Shown: in pieces, positions 37,471 through 47,915 of the stretch
Layout of the letters: every line of letters begins with the position of its first letter
Position numbering within the stretch: position 1 is the first letter of the stretch
From: an uncultured archaeon
Lineage (GTDB): Archaea; Asgardarchaeota; Lokiarchaeia; Sigyniarchaeales; SOKP01
Direction: 5' to 3'
Assembly: GCA_964508365.1 (NCBI GenBank)
Contig: CAZDTP010000003.1
Location: 56,092 to 120,091, forward strand
Length of the DNA stretch: 64,000 nt
Translations under genes and position numbers: made by a program
The notes under the pieces: model-generated
Told to the model about the DNA's origin: nothing
Seen by the model: the letters and a program-made list of their open reading frames with translations, nothing else
Database searches by the model: none

Positions 37471-37626
37471 TTATTCTTTTTTTAGTTTAACGCCTGTTCT
37501 CTGAATTCCTACCTCTTTATTTGTAGGAATGGGACTACCACATTGATCTTTTTTCGCCTCGTTCGACTTAAAAGCTTTTTCTAATTCTTCTTCTATCTCT
37601 TCGTCTGTTAATTCTTTATTTGGCAT
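37471..37626 (-). CDS. Possible small acidic protein, 51 aa (not in ORF track)
   Basis: MPNKELTDEEIEEELEKAFKSNEAKKDQCGSPIPTNKEVGIQRTGVKLKKE*; fills the gap between FTR and the CCG genes. Confidence 0.35.
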   Translation of the reverse strand: MPNKELTDEEIEEELEKAFKSNEAKKDQCGSPIPTNKEVGIQRTGVKLKKE

Positions 37627-37736
37627 ATATTATTATGAGAATTCGGAATATTTAAGGCTTTTATTTATAAAAAATTGATTTGTAAAACAAGAAAAATAGG
37701 ATTTAATGCTGATAAAGAAGATTAAGTCTAAACTAA

Positions 37737-38108
37737 TTATAACTGTTTGTTAAAGTAATCCAAAACTGCGTTCTCCTTTTCTATAGGTCTTCTCTCTGGT
37801 ATATTTACGTAATTAGCTTTAAATTTATCATAAAAATCTAATCGTAAGTACAAATTGCAATAGCAGGCTCCAAATTCCTTTACATCATCGGAAGCATAAT
37901 CACAAGGACAAATTAAATCTCTATCTAAATCTCTTTTTCCTGAAGCAAGACGACACGGACAGGATTGATATCCGTACGATTTTTTATTATCTACTAACCC
38001 ATTAATTAAATCATTAAATGTACTTTGGTCTTTGTTAAGAATCCAACTGTTTTTCTGGCTAACCATTCCTACATATTCTTTCATTCCTTCGGTTGTTTCC
38101 ATGTCCAT
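37737..38108 (-). CDS. Ferredoxin:thioredoxin reductase catalytic subunit
   Basis: CPCRL...CPC...CYC.LY signature. Confidence 0.9.
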   Translation of the reverse strand: MDMETTEGMKEYVGMVSQKNSWILNKDQSTFNDLINGLVDNKKSYGYQSCPCRLASGKRDLDRDLICPCDYASDDVKEFGACYCNLYLRLDFYDKFKANYVNIPERRPIEKENAVLDYFNKQL

Positions 38109-38109
38109 A

Positions 38110-38436
38110 TTAATTTCCTCCTTGATTTATTAATTTTTCATATTTAGTTGGATCGTAACCAACAACAAACTTGTCATCGCACACAACAAATGGATAGGAT
38201 ATTCTTTCTGGCTTGTAGTTTTCTCTCAAATATGCTAGCACTTTTGATTTTTCGCTTGGATCAATTTTATCAATATCTACATAACGATATTTAATATTTT
38301 TGTCGTTCAAATATTGTTTACACTTCTTACACCATCCGCAGGTAGATAGGGTGAAAATCGTCCATTCATGGGAGTCATTTTCACCATCAACACTTTGAGC
38401 TAATTTCTCAATAAATTCTGGGAACATATCATTCAC
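38110..38436 (-). CDS. Glutaredoxin/NrdH-like protein
   Basis: TLSTCGWCKK...SYP; 1-nt gap to FTR. Confidence 0.87.
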   Translation of the reverse strand: MNDMFPEFIEKLAQSVDGENDSHEWTIFTLSTCGWCKKCKQYLNDKNIKYRYVDIDKIDPSEKSKVLAYLRENYKPERISYPFVVCDDKFVVGYDPTKYEKLINQGGN

Positions 38437-38474
38437 TCTTTATTTTAATAATTATTAGTTTAAGATTATTATTA

Positions 38475-38951
38475 TTAGATTTTACTATTTCCTGTGAGGT
38501 TTTTCTTCCAGTTGGGATCTATACATTCTAAAGCCTCTTCTGTAAGTTTTTTTATATCACCCTCACAGAATTCCAAAAGTAGGCCCAAATGTTCTAACGC
38601 TCTCTTATCTCCAATTTTCATTAAGCTTTCAACAATCAAAAATAGTAGACTCTTATCTTGCTCGATATCTTGTTTATCAAGCTCTTTTTTTAATATTTCC
38701 ACGATCGCCATAGTTGCTTTTGCATCTTTAATTTCGCCCATAGCTTCAATTATTCGATTTATAACAATGGAATCTTCTTCAGACTTTAAAGCTTTTATTA
38801 ATAAGTTTGAAGCTCTACTATCCTTTAAATGCCCGATTTGTCTTGCAGCAGAAGCTCGGACCAATATCTCTCCATTAAATAAATTTTTCATGGCGAGATT
38901 GTATTCCATATCTCGAGAATTAGAATTCATTAAGTTAGTAAAATAGGACAA
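38475..38951 (-). CDS. HEAT-repeat (PBS-lyase-like) protein
   Basis: VRASAARQIG, IIEAMGEI.D..A, ALEHL, ALECI repeats. Confidence 0.8.
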   Translation of the reverse strand: MSYFTNLMNSNSRDMEYNLAMKNLFNGEILVRASAARQIGHLKDSRASNLLIKALKSEEDSIVINRIIEAMGEIKDAKATMAIVEILKKELDKQDIEQDKSLLFLIVESLMKIGDKRALEHLGLLLEFCEGDIKKLTEEALECIDPNWKKNLTGNSKI

Positions 38952-39097
38952 ACTTTAAAACTTGTTTTTTATAAATTATTAAATCTAAGCCTAATATTGG
39001 TTAATTTATTTGAAATCTAAATTAAAAAACATTTGATATAAAACTTATAATGTCTTAAATATATTTTAGGTAAAAATATTTATCATCGAGTGCAAAC

Positions 39098-40141
39098 ATG
39101 GCTAATGAAGTCATCCTCTGTTTAAGTTATTTCGACACAATTTTCGGACCTAACACCTTATATTGCAGTTCCCCTTTGATTCCTGAGGAACATCCAGATT
39201 TAGGAAGAATTTTGGAATTCACAGAGGAAGAGGGTAATTTTATCTTTACGTTTAGGAAATATCAGACGATTAATCATATTTTTTACGTCAAGTCAGAGTA
39301 TGCTCGTGGTGGTAAAGAACTCTTAATGATAACCTATATGATCAAAGCTGCCTATTTTAAGGAAGAAATAACAGATGTTTACGAATTTTTATTATCTAAA
39401 ACATCTGATCTTGAATCTTACGCTTTAGAACTAAAAGAACTTCAGGAAATTACTGAATTACTTCACACTCATAAAAATCGTACTAATCAAAAAAAAATTC
39501 TTGATGTCGCATCTAAAGAATTTAAAGAAAAATTCCTTACCCTATTCCAAAAATATTTAGAAAAAATGATGCCTCGAATAGATATTAATGCACCCTTACT
39601 AGATAAGGGAAATTTGAAGAAGATTTATGTTTTTGGACCAACAAACGCAGGAAAATCCACACTAGTACAAAATTTAGAAGTAATTCAATTTCTCCAATAT
39701 AAGAACAATGAAATGAAACGAGATTTGGCAAGTAAGATCTATGATTTTATAATTGATAGTATCGAAGTATTAACTTTTGAGTGTATTGATGAAAATACAG
39801 ATACGGAAAAAATTGAGATTTATAAAGACTGTATCGATAATGCTCAAGGCTTTATTTTAATCTTTAACGCATCTAATATAGAGTTTTTGAAAGAAGCTAT
39901 CGAGATGTTCCAATTAGTTATAGCCCGGTGCTTAGATCAAGGAGATTCTATGCCTATTCTGATTATTGGCAATAAATTTCAAAACAAAGAGGAAATCAGA
40001 TCGGATATGATTTTTGAGAATTTCGATATGGATGAATTAAATGAATGTGGATTACTCCCCCACTATTTCTCGATTAATATACTTAGTGAAGATGATAAAA
40101 TTATCAATGCTTTGCGCTGGTTCTTAACACAAATTATATAA
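39098..40141 (+). CDS. Longin/uDENN-like domain fused to a small-GTPase-like domain
   Basis: N-terminal LSYFDTIFGPNTLY; P-loop FGPTNAGKST; GFILIFNA; ILIIGNK. Confidence 0.68.
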   Translation: MANEVILCLSYFDTIFGPNTLYCSSPLIPEEHPDLGRILEFTEEEGNFIFTFRKYQTINHIFYVKSEYARGGKELLMITYMIKAAYFKEEITDVYEFLLSKTSDLESYALELKELQEITELLHTHKNRTNQKKILDVASKEFKEKFLTLFQKYLEKMMPRIDINAPLLDKGNLKKIYVFGPTNAGKSTLVQNLEVIQFLQYKNNEMKRDLASKIYDFIIDSIEVLTFECIDENTDTEKIEIYKDCIDNAQGFILIFNASNIEFLKEAIEMFQLVIARCLDQGDSMPILIIGNKFQNKEEIRSDMIFENFDMDELNECGLLPHYFSINILSEDDKIINALRWFLTQII

Positions 40142-40206
40142 ATTTTCTTTCACTGAAGCTAAATGCTATAGAAGAGCTATAAGTACCCGATAATCTAATT
40201 ACATTT

Positions 40207-40653
40207 CTAATTATAAGGAGACTTCCACTTTCTGAAGTAAAGATCGTATTTCTTTAACAAATCCTTAGGATCCAATTGCTGTTCTTCTTGGATTGCTTTC
40301 AGTGCTTCAAGAACGATTTCAGTCTGCAAAAGTTGAAATTCTTGGCTCTTTAAATCACTGGTAGTAAGATACCGATTTCCTATTTCATTTGCTTTTAGGC
40401 TATCCATAGTGTTTATATTATAAATATCCATGAAATATCCAATTACAAATGCTCCAAGCAGTAGCACCGGAAATATAAATATTAACATCCAAAAGCTAAT
40501 CTCAAAAGCTAAAGATATTAATGATATAGCGCTAACGGTAGATACCGCAATTGCATAATAGGATTGGCCCAACTTAAGCCGGGACAACTGCCTTCCAATA
40601 AAATGTGCGCTCTTCACTCGTTTTACTATATTTGATTTTTTCAGTCTTAACAT
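40207..40653 (-). CDS. Hypothetical membrane protein (2 TM)
   Basis: Two hydrophobic helices at about aa 33-75. Confidence 0.55.
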   Translation of the reverse strand: MLRLKKSNIVKRVKSAHFIGRQLSRLKLGQSYYAIAVSTVSAISLISLAFEISFWMLIFIFPVLLLGAFVIGYFMDIYNINTMDSLKANEIGNRYLTTSDLKSQEFQLLQTEIVLEALKAIQEEQQLDPKDLLKKYDLYFRKWKSPYN

Positions 40654-40829
40654 TTTATTATGTACGAAAATATTATATTGATTTTTTTCAACTACTAAAA
40701 TTTGAAAAATACTGTATTATTTATAAAAAAACTTCAGAAAATTACGATTTATTATTATATCTTGAATTCATCGTTTTATGAATTAGAAGCTAAATCTTTT
40801 TTATTGAATATTGCTATTTTATAATTACT

Positions 40830-41126
40830 ATGAGTAAAATGCAAGTACCTATCATTATTACAAAAACTGACTGCCACCGCTGTCATGAACTTAAGGTGTG
40901 GCTTGATGAACGAGAAGTTAATTATATAGAGAAAGACATTGACGATGAAGAATTAGTTCCTAAGTTATTGCTCGACAATAACTTTCTAAAAAATTTCTGT
41001 GACGCAGACGGATGTGTTGTAAATACGCCAGTTGTAATAATGGATGGAAAATATTGGTTTAAAGAGCTCTGGGGCATCTCAGGACTCAGAGAAAAAGCTG
41101 CTATGAAATTATTTGGCGTTAAATAA
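40830..41126 (+). CDS. Glutaredoxin-like protein
   Basis: TKTDCHRCHELK..L...VNYIEKDI; TPV. Confidence 0.78.
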   Translation: MSKMQVPIIITKTDCHRCHELKVWLDEREVNYIEKDIDDEELVPKLLLDNNFLKNFCDADGCVVNTPVVIMDGKYWFKELWGISGLREKAAMKLFGVK

Positions 41127-41157
41127 AATTTATTTAGTGAATATTTAATTTTTTTAT

Positions 41158-41757
41158 TTATTTTTTAAATTCTGCAAGTCTTTTTATAACTTTTCTAATT
41201 GCTCTTAATCCTTCTTCATCCTTTTGAACCCCTTCCTTACCTTTATCCCCGCTCCATAAGGAAGCACCCAGATTCGCCCCAAACGCTCCACCTGAGACGG
41301 AAATAACATGGTTTTGCTGGTAGAAATCTAAAATACTTCTTATTGCAATTTCTTGACCACCATTTCTATCTCCTCCTACCGCAAGAGCGATTCCATATTT
41401 ATCTTTAAATACATTAGGATTTTTAGCAACTAATCCACGACAGCGATCAAGTACTGTTTTAAGCTGTCCTGACATAGTTCCTTGAAAAACCGGCGTTCCT
41501 AAAAGTAAAAATTTCGATTCTTCTAATTTAGGGTAAAGCTCTGAAACATCATCGTCGTTAATGCATCCTTTTTTCTCTCTGATACAATAGTCGCAGTGAG
41601 TACAAAACTCTATTTTTTTGCCTTTTACCGTCCAGTATTCAATTTCAAAGCTAAATTTCTTGGCTGCGTAATTTAAAGCGTATTGCACAGCAAAATCAGT
41701 TCCTTGTTTTCTGGGGCTTCCACAAATGCCTAATAGTAAATTCTTGTTTTCCACCAT
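41158..41757 (-). CDS. Iron-sulfur flavoprotein / NADPH-dependent FMN reductase family
   Basis: GSPRK.GT, CTHCDYC...C, GTPVF.G..SGQLK..LDR, GGQE. Confidence 0.87.
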   Translation of the reverse strand: MVENKNLLLGICGSPRKQGTDFAVQYALNYAAKKFSFEIEYWTVKGKKIEFCTHCDYCIREKKGCINDDDVSELYPKLEESKFLLLGTPVFQGTMSGQLKTVLDRCRGLVAKNPNVFKDKYGIALAVGGDRNGGQEIAIRSILDFYQQNHVISVSGGAFGANLGASLWSGDKGKEGVQKDEEGLRAIRKVIKRLAEFKK

Positions 41758-41847
41758 AATAATAATAGTATATAATTCTATCTTTAATTATTACTATCCA
41801 TTTTTAATCTAAAAAATGTTTTAAATTCTTTATTACTACAAATTACG

Positions 41848-42501
41848 ATGGAATCAACCAAATCGAGTTTAGCAAGAATTAGAATTAAATTCCCAGACCA
41901 GTTGTGGATATCTGAGATTTTCAAAAATTTTCGAGATATCCGAATGGAAATTGAATACTTTCTTCCCTACGATTTTGAAAACTCAATAGGTAATTCTATA
42001 ATTGAAATTTTTCACCACAATATCGATTTAATAATTGAGGAAGTTAAAAATCATAAATCTGTCATTGATATCAGTATTCTAGAAAAGGATGAAAACCGAG
42101 TTAAATTCAACGTCAAAACTAAGGATCCCTTTCTTTTGTACGCGATAATTAAATGTGGCGTTTTAGTGAATTTTCCTGTGCGGGTTAGAGATGGTTATGC
42201 GTTTTGGAGGTTAGTTTCAAATAGGGAGAGTATAGACAACCTTTTAACGCTATTTGATCAGAATGGTATCGATTATTCACTTCTCAGAATTGGAAATTCT
42301 CCCTACAGTATTGACGACGACAAAAATAAGCTAACCTTAGATGAATCTACTATATTGAATAAAGCCATATCCTTAGGCTTTTTTGAAATTCCAAGAAATA
42401 TCTCTTTAGAACAATTAGCAAACGAGTTAGGAAAATCAAAATCTGCTTTATCTGTTACTCTAAGAAAAATAATAAAAAAAAAAGTCATGTTCGAGATGTA
42501 G
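41848..42501 (+). CDS. Bacterio-opsin activator-like (HTH-10) regulator
   Basis: LT..E..IL..A...GFFEIPRNISLEQLANELGKSKSALS..LR. Confidence 0.82.
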   Translation: MESTKSSLARIRIKFPDQLWISEIFKNFRDIRMEIEYFLPYDFENSIGNSIIEIFHHNIDLIIEEVKNHKSVIDISILEKDENRVKFNVKTKDPFLLYAIIKCGVLVNFPVRVRDGYAFWRLVSNRESIDNLLTLFDQNGIDYSLLRIGNSPYSIDDDKNKLTLDESTILNKAISLGFFEIPRNISLEQLANELGKSKSALSVTLRKIIKKKVMFEM

Positions 42502-42544
42502 CTATTTGTAAAAATGAATATAGTTTACTGATTTGCAATCCTTC

Positions 42545-43066
42545 TCATTTTGAATTTTTACAATGCTCTTGAATTTGCTCTGTTAAAAAAGCTGCTACTT
42601 TGGAAATATTAAAAGGCCATACATAGGAGTACTGAGTGTTAGGGAATTTTTTTCTTGCTCTTTCAATAGCTTCAGGAATATCTTTTTCTGAGTGTTCGCC
42701 ACCACGAGTCATCATAGGAGTAATGATGATAATTTTTTCAGAACCATCCTTGCTGGCTGCATCGAAAGCCTCATCTAAAGAAGGAGAACAAAATTCATTA
42801 AAACCAACTATCACTTTATATCCCGTCTGACTTGATATTACTTTAGCTAATTCGTTTGATGCGTAAAAATATTGGTCGTTTTCTTCAGTTCGTGCCCAAT
42901 TCCGCATTTTTTTATCCAACTCTTCGTATTGTTGCTGCATAACTGGAGATGGTGGTCCTGGCATATTTTCTAGGCGTGAGTGGAGCATAAAATAATCGAG
43001 AGTTTCTTTTCGAGGAAAATCATTAGGTGGCATTCCATGCATCGCAAGAATTATAACAATTTTCAT
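42545..43066 (-). CDS. cbiX: Single-domain CbiX/SirB-type tetrapyrrole chelatase
   Basis: LAMHG, GFNEFCSPSL, PMMTRGGEHSEKDIP. Confidence 0.78.
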   Translation of the reverse strand: MKIVIILAMHGMPPNDFPRKETLDYFMLHSRLENMPGPPSPVMQQQYEELDKKMRNWARTEENDQYFYASNELAKVISSQTGYKVIVGFNEFCSPSLDEAFDAASKDGSEKIIIITPMMTRGGEHSEKDIPEAIERARKKFPNTQYSYVWPFNISKVAAFLTEQIQEHCKNSK

Positions 43067-43203
43067 AATATTATTATAAAATTTAAATTAAAGTTAAAAT
43101 TTTTCAATTAAACGACAAGGAGTGTGAAAAACTTCGAAAATAATATTAATATATCTCGAATTGGGTTAGAATACGCTCATAAAATAAAAATAGGTAAAAA
43201 AAA

Positions 43204-44034
43204 TTAAAGCCATTCTTCCTTTATAATATCTCCTTTTACGCTAATAATAATGTATTTTATCGGAACTTTTCTTCTTGCCCTCTTTGCACCTTCTTGTGCT
43301 AGAGCTATCAATCCAGAACAACATGCTACTTCCATGACTACAACAGTAAGCGTGTTAATTTTAGCTCCATCTATTAAAGCTTTGATTTTTTCAATGTAAA
43401 CTTCTTTACCTTGGTCAAGTTTTGGACACGCAATAGCAATAGACTTGGAACTTAAGAAATCTCTGTGAAAATCCCCATAAGAATATCCAACACAGTCAGC
43501 AGAAATTAAGACATCAGCACCCTGGTAATAGGGAGCTTTCGGGTTAATTAGATGCATTTGAACTGGCCATTGTCGTAGAGTTGAAGAAATTTTTCCAGAG
43601 GTCTCAGTTTGAACTTCATGCTCATTAAAAACCATCGTCTGAGAAGAAGGACAACCACATTGGTGAGAATGTTCAGCAACGATTTGTTTAACTTGTTCTA
43701 ATTCAACATTTTCTTCATTTTTCATAGATTCCAGATAATTTTCTACGGCTTCCTCGTCAAATTCTGCAGCTTCTCGTTCAATAATTTGTAGGGCATTTTC
43801 AGGACAAGCTGAAATACAAGCACCCAATCCATCGCAGAACACATCATTTATAACCTTAGCTTTTCCATCTATTACTTTTAATGCGCCTTCTGCGCAATCT
43901 ACTACACAATTACCACAACCGGTGCAGAGCTCTTCGTTGATTTCAATTATTTTCCTCCTTACTTTATTTTGATGTTCTATTTCAGTCATAATTAAATCAA
44001 ATAGAGATAATAATATATTTTTAATTTCGAACAT
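43204..44034 (-). CDS. 4Fe-4S dicluster ferredoxin-domain oxidoreductase-like protein
   Basis: CTGCGNC...C; CDGLGAC...CP; GCP; QWPVQ; ACPKLD; CCSG. Confidence 0.8.
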   Translation of the reverse strand: MFEIKNILLSLFDLIMTEIEHQNKVRRKIIEINEELCTGCGNCVVDCAEGALKVIDGKAKVINDVFCDGLGACISACPENALQIIEREAAEFDEEAVENYLESMKNEENVELEQVKQIVAEHSHQCGCPSSQTMVFNEHEVQTETSGKISSTLRQWPVQMHLINPKAPYYQGADVLISADCVGYSYGDFHRDFLSSKSIAIACPKLDQGKEVYIEKIKALIDGAKINTLTVVVMEVACCSGLIALAQEGAKRARRKVPIKYIIISVKGDIIKEEWL

Positions 44035-44112
44035 GTTCTTTTCGGCTTGAATTGTTCTATTTTCTATTGTATAATCAAAACTTTAAAATAAAATAATAAA
44101 AGTATAACAAAT

Positions 44113-45453
44113 ATGGAAAAAATTATTATAGTTGGAAATAATGTGGCAGGTACCTTCTCTGCCCAGAATCTTAGATACCTCAGTGAAGATGTAAATATTG
44201 AAATTTATACTCAAGAACACTATCCCTATTATACCAGAGTTAATTTGCCTGAACTTATCTCAAATAAAGTTCAGGTCAACGATTTAATCGTTTTTAAAGA
44301 TGATTGGTATAAGGATAACGAAATTAAGTTAAATCTTAATAAAAGAGTAATAAAAATAGAGCCACAGCAGAAAAAATTATTTATTGAAGGTGAAAGCAAA
44401 CCTGATACATATGATAAATTAATATTAGCTTTAGGTAGTGTTCCCAATATACCTCCCATTAAAAACGCACTGGAATTAGTTGGAAAAGGAGTATTTACTC
44501 TAAGAACTATAGAAGATGCTCTAAACATTAAAAATTATATTGAAAAATCCAAAGCTAAAAAGGCAATTGTTATTGGAGGGGGGTTACTTGGGTTAGAATT
44601 AGCTAACCAAATAAATGACAGCAATTTAGACACAACTATAGTCGAATTTTTTCCAAAATTACTTCCCAGACAGCTGGATGACGAATGTAGCGCCATGCTT
44701 AAGGAGGAGATTGAAACTAAAGGTATAAAAATTGTTTTAAATGCTACAACGGAAGAAATCTTGGGAAACGGAGTCGTTAAAGGAATGAGATTAAAAGACG
44801 GGCAGACATTAAATGCAGATATTATTTTAATCCAAGCAGGTATTAGAGCTACAATAGATATTGCTCAAAATTCTGGAATCGAAACAAATCGAGGTATCGT
44901 TGTTAATGAATTTTTAGAAACGAGTGAAAAGGATATCTTCGCCGTAGGTGATTGTGTTGAATACAAGAATCAAACATGGGGAATAATTCCTGCTTGTATG
45001 GAACAGTCTAAAATAGTTGCTGCATCTGCATTGGGTTTAAAAAAGGTTGAATATAAAGGAACGACTCCTAAAAATACCTTAAAAATCGTTGGGTTAGAAT
45101 TAACTTCAATTGGAGTTTTTGATCCTTCACAAGAAACAGGAGGCGGATGGGACATTCTTAAAAAAGCAGATAAGAAAGATTGCTGTTATCAGAAACTCGT
45201 GTTAAAGGATAACAAACTGAAAGGCGCTATCCTTTTTGGAGACAATAAAGCAATGTCGTTTGTATACAAGAAAATGGAACAAGATGTTAACAGAAAAGAA
45301 TTGATGGAAATCCTTGAACTATATCTTTATAAATGCTCCAATTGTGGTGCGGAATATGATGAAACGAAGATGAAAATTCTTTTCAAGGATTTACCCGATG
45401 ATTGGGTTTGCCCAAACTGTGAATACCCAAAAGATGGATTCATAAAATCATAA
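44113..45453 (+). CDS. NAD(P)H:rubredoxin oxidoreductase-like flavoprotein with C-terminal rubredoxin
   Basis: IGGGLLGLE, FAVGDC; C-terminal CSNC...[11 protein letters not shown]. Confidence 0.87.
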   Translation: MEKIIIVGNNVAGTFSAQNLRYLSEDVNIEIYTQEHYPYYTRVNLPELISNKVQVNDLIVFKDDWYKDNEIKLNLNKRVIKIEPQQKKLFIEGESKPDTYDKLILALGSVPNIPPIKNALELVGKGVFTLRTIEDALNIKNYIEKSKAKKAIVIGGGLLGLELANQINDSNLDTTIVEFFPKLLPRQLDDECSAMLKEEIETKGIKIVLNATTEEILGNGVVKGMRLKDGQTLNADIILIQAGIRATIDIAQNSGIETNRGIVVNEFLETSEKDIFAVGDCVEYKNQTWGIIPACMEQSKIVAASALGLKKVEYKGTTPKNTLKIVGLELTSIGVFDPSQETGGGWDILKKADKKDCCYQKLVLKDNKLKGAILFGDNKAMSFVYKKMEQDVNRKELMEILELYLYKCSNCGAEYDETKMKILFKDLPDDWVCPNCEYPKDGFIKS

Positions 45454-45776
45454 ATTCTAGATGTTTATTATGGCAACTTACCGTTGTAAAAAATGTAATT
45501 ATATATATGTCGATGGAGAACAAGAAGTTCCTTTTGATCAGGTTGGAGAAGACTATAAATGCCCAAGATGTCGTACTTCTAAAAGGTTCTTTGAAAAGAA
45601 ACAATCTCTCAATGATTTTAAAAATTAAAAAAGCTTACTGGGGAGATTCGTTTTTTATAATTGTTTTGAATTTTTTGGAACAACCTTAATGCATATGGAA
45701 TATTTTAGAACAAATAGAATCTATATTGATTATTTTATTAATAATTTGCTCAATTAAGTTTTAGGTATGTTCAAAG

Positions 45777-47399
45777 ATGGATTTTGATATTGTTATTAAA
45801 GGCGGAAGAATAATTGATGGAACTGGGAATCCGTGGTTTTCGGGAGAAATCGGAATTAAGGACGGAAAAATAGCTAAGCTTAGATCAAAAATAAATCAAG
45901 AAGCTAAAAAAGTTATAGATGCCAGTGGGTTGATGGTAAGTCCTGGGTTTATAGATATTCACTCACATACGGATTATATTTTACCGGGTAGCAGAGGTCA
46001 AGAATCCACTTTATACCAGGGAGTAACAACCGCAGTTGTCGGAATGTGTGGAGAAGGAATGGCCCCCATTCCAGAGGGAAAAGAAGAAGATTTTCTTGAG
46101 TTAATAAGAACCATATCTCCGGTACTTACTCAATTTGAATATCCTTATCATACATATGCTGAATATCTAGATTATAACGAAAAGAAACGAAATTCTGCGA
46201 ATCTGGTTTTTTTTGTAGGTTATGGCAATTTACAGTGGGCTGCTGGTCATGGTGGTGAGAATCGCCCTGCTAATCCAACAGAACTTCAAAAAATGAAGGA
46301 TTATTTGCGAGAAGCAATGGAAGCTGGAGCATTTGGTATGAGTACGGGTTTAATCTATGCTCCTCAAGTGTTTGCGAAAACAGAAGAAATAATTGAGTTA
46401 GCCAAAGTAGTTGCTGAATATAATGGATTATATTTTTCTCATATACGTGGTGAGGGAGCATCTGTTTTAAAAGCTGTAGGTGAAGTCATTGAAATCGTTG
46501 AGAAATCAGGTTGTGTTGGAGGGCAAATAGCCCATCATAAAATATCTGGTAAACCGTACTGGGGTACCAGCAAGGACACTATAAGCTTGATTGAAGAAGC
46601 TAACATGCGGGGTCTGAGTATAACATGTGATCAGTATCCATACAATCGTGGCATGACAGGACTTATGACAGCTCTACCTCCATGGGTACGTGAGGGAGAA
46701 AACGAAGATATATTAAATCGCATAAAAAATCCTGAAATTCAAGAGCGTATTAGAAAAGACATTAAAGAAGGTATTAAAGGATGGGAAAATTGGATTCGCG
46801 ATGAGAGTTTTCAAAACCTTTTTATCTCAACTGTTACTCACGATAATTGGAAAGATATAATATCAAAGAACATCACAGAAATCACAAAAATTAAAGGATT
46901 TTTAGACGATTTCGATACTTTTTTTAATCTATTAATTGACAACGAACTAAGTGTAATGACTACAATACAAAGTATGGGAGAAGAAGATATTCGGAGAATC
47001 ATGACGAGTCGTTATCAAATGGTTGGAACGGATGGTTCTGGAGTTCCCTCTTCTTTTAGTGCTGGAGCATTTCATCCAAGATTTTTTGGAACATATCCTC
47101 GAATTCTGGGTAAATATGTTAGAGAAGAAAAAATATTGACGTTAGAGCAAGCGATTCGCAAAATGACATCGTTTCCAGCCCAACGGCTTGGACTCCACAA
47201 TAGAGGACTTATTAGAGAAGGAAATTGGGCTGATTTAGTTATCTTTGATCCCGATAAGGTTATTGATAAAGCAACCTATGAACAACCCTATCAGCTTCCT
47301 GAAGGTATTCCATATGTAATTGTTAATGGCGTTATCGTCATTGAAAGAGGAAAAAAAAATAGAAAATCTCCGGGAAGAGTGATACATCGCCCTACTTAA
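45777..47399 (+). CDS. N-acyl-D-amino-acid deacylase (amidohydrolase 3)
   Basis: IIDGTGNPWF, PGFIDIHSH, GMSTGLIY, HIRGE, GTDG, HPR..GTYPR. Confidence 0.9.
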   Translation: MDFDIVIKGGRIIDGTGNPWFSGEIGIKDGKIAKLRSKINQEAKKVIDASGLMVSPGFIDIHSHTDYILPGSRGQESTLYQGVTTAVVGMCGEGMAPIPEGKEEDFLELIRTISPVLTQFEYPYHTYAEYLDYNEKKRNSANLVFFVGYGNLQWAAGHGGENRPANPTELQKMKDYLREAMEAGAFGMSTGLIYAPQVFAKTEEIIELAKVVAEYNGLYFSHIRGEGASVLKAVGEVIEIVEKSGCVGGQIAHHKISGKPYWGTSKDTISLIEEANMRGLSITCDQYPYNRGMTGLMTALPPWVREGENEDILNRIKNPEIQERIRKDIKEGIKGWENWIRDESFQNLFISTVTHDNWKDIISKNITEITKIKGFLDDFDTFFNLLIDNELSVMTTIQSMGEEDIRRIMTSRYQMVGTDGSGVPSSFSAGAFHPRFFGTYPRILGKYVREEKILTLEQAIRKMTSFPAQRLGLHNRGLIREGNWADLVIFDPDKVIDKATYEQPYQLPEGIPYVIVNGVIVIERGKKNRKSPGRVIHRPT

Positions 47400-47603
47400 A
47401 CTCAATACATATAAATTCAAGAATTATTAATTTTTTCATCTATTTTTAAGATGCTTTAACGTTTACAATCTTCATATTTCAAGTATAAAGGCTAAAGCTT
47501 AATTAGATTAATTTATAAAATATTAAATTAATATTTTTAATATACATTCAATTAACAAATCCATAAATACAAATTTATTAAATTAAAAGAAAGGTAGTTT
47601 ATT

Positions 47604-47738
47604 GTGGCTAAATGGGAATGTGGCGCTTGCGGTTATGTTTACGACGAAGAGAAAGAAGGAACTAAGTTCGAAGACCTCCCTGATGATTGGGTATGCCCCG
47701 TCTGCGGAGTTGATAAGAGTTTCTTCACACAAATCTAA
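47604..47738 (+). CDS. Rubredoxin, 44 aa (GTG start; not in ORF track)
   Basis: [44 protein letters not shown]. Confidence 0.92.
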   Translation: MAKWECGACGYVYDEEKEGTKFEDLPDDWVCPVCGVDKSFFTQI

Positions 47739-47915
47739 ATATTACCTTAATTAATTTTAATTTTATTTTTTTCTTCCTTTTTACATGAGATTTTAAGAAT
47801 TGACTAATTGTAGACTCGATTATTTATTAAAAATTTATAAGATAAAAAAATTAGATTTATTAGATATAAAAAGAAGACTAGCAATAATTAATCCTAAAAT
47901 TGGTATTAAAAAAAT

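Noticed and set aside
45507-45689. 60-aa ORF between NROR and the D-aminoacylase
   Set aside because: No recognisable motif; may be intergenic.
47400-47600. PerR/Fur-like boxes upstream of rubredoxin and rubrerythrin
   Set aside because: The spacers are extremely AT-rich, so TTATAAT-like matches carry no information without comparative data.
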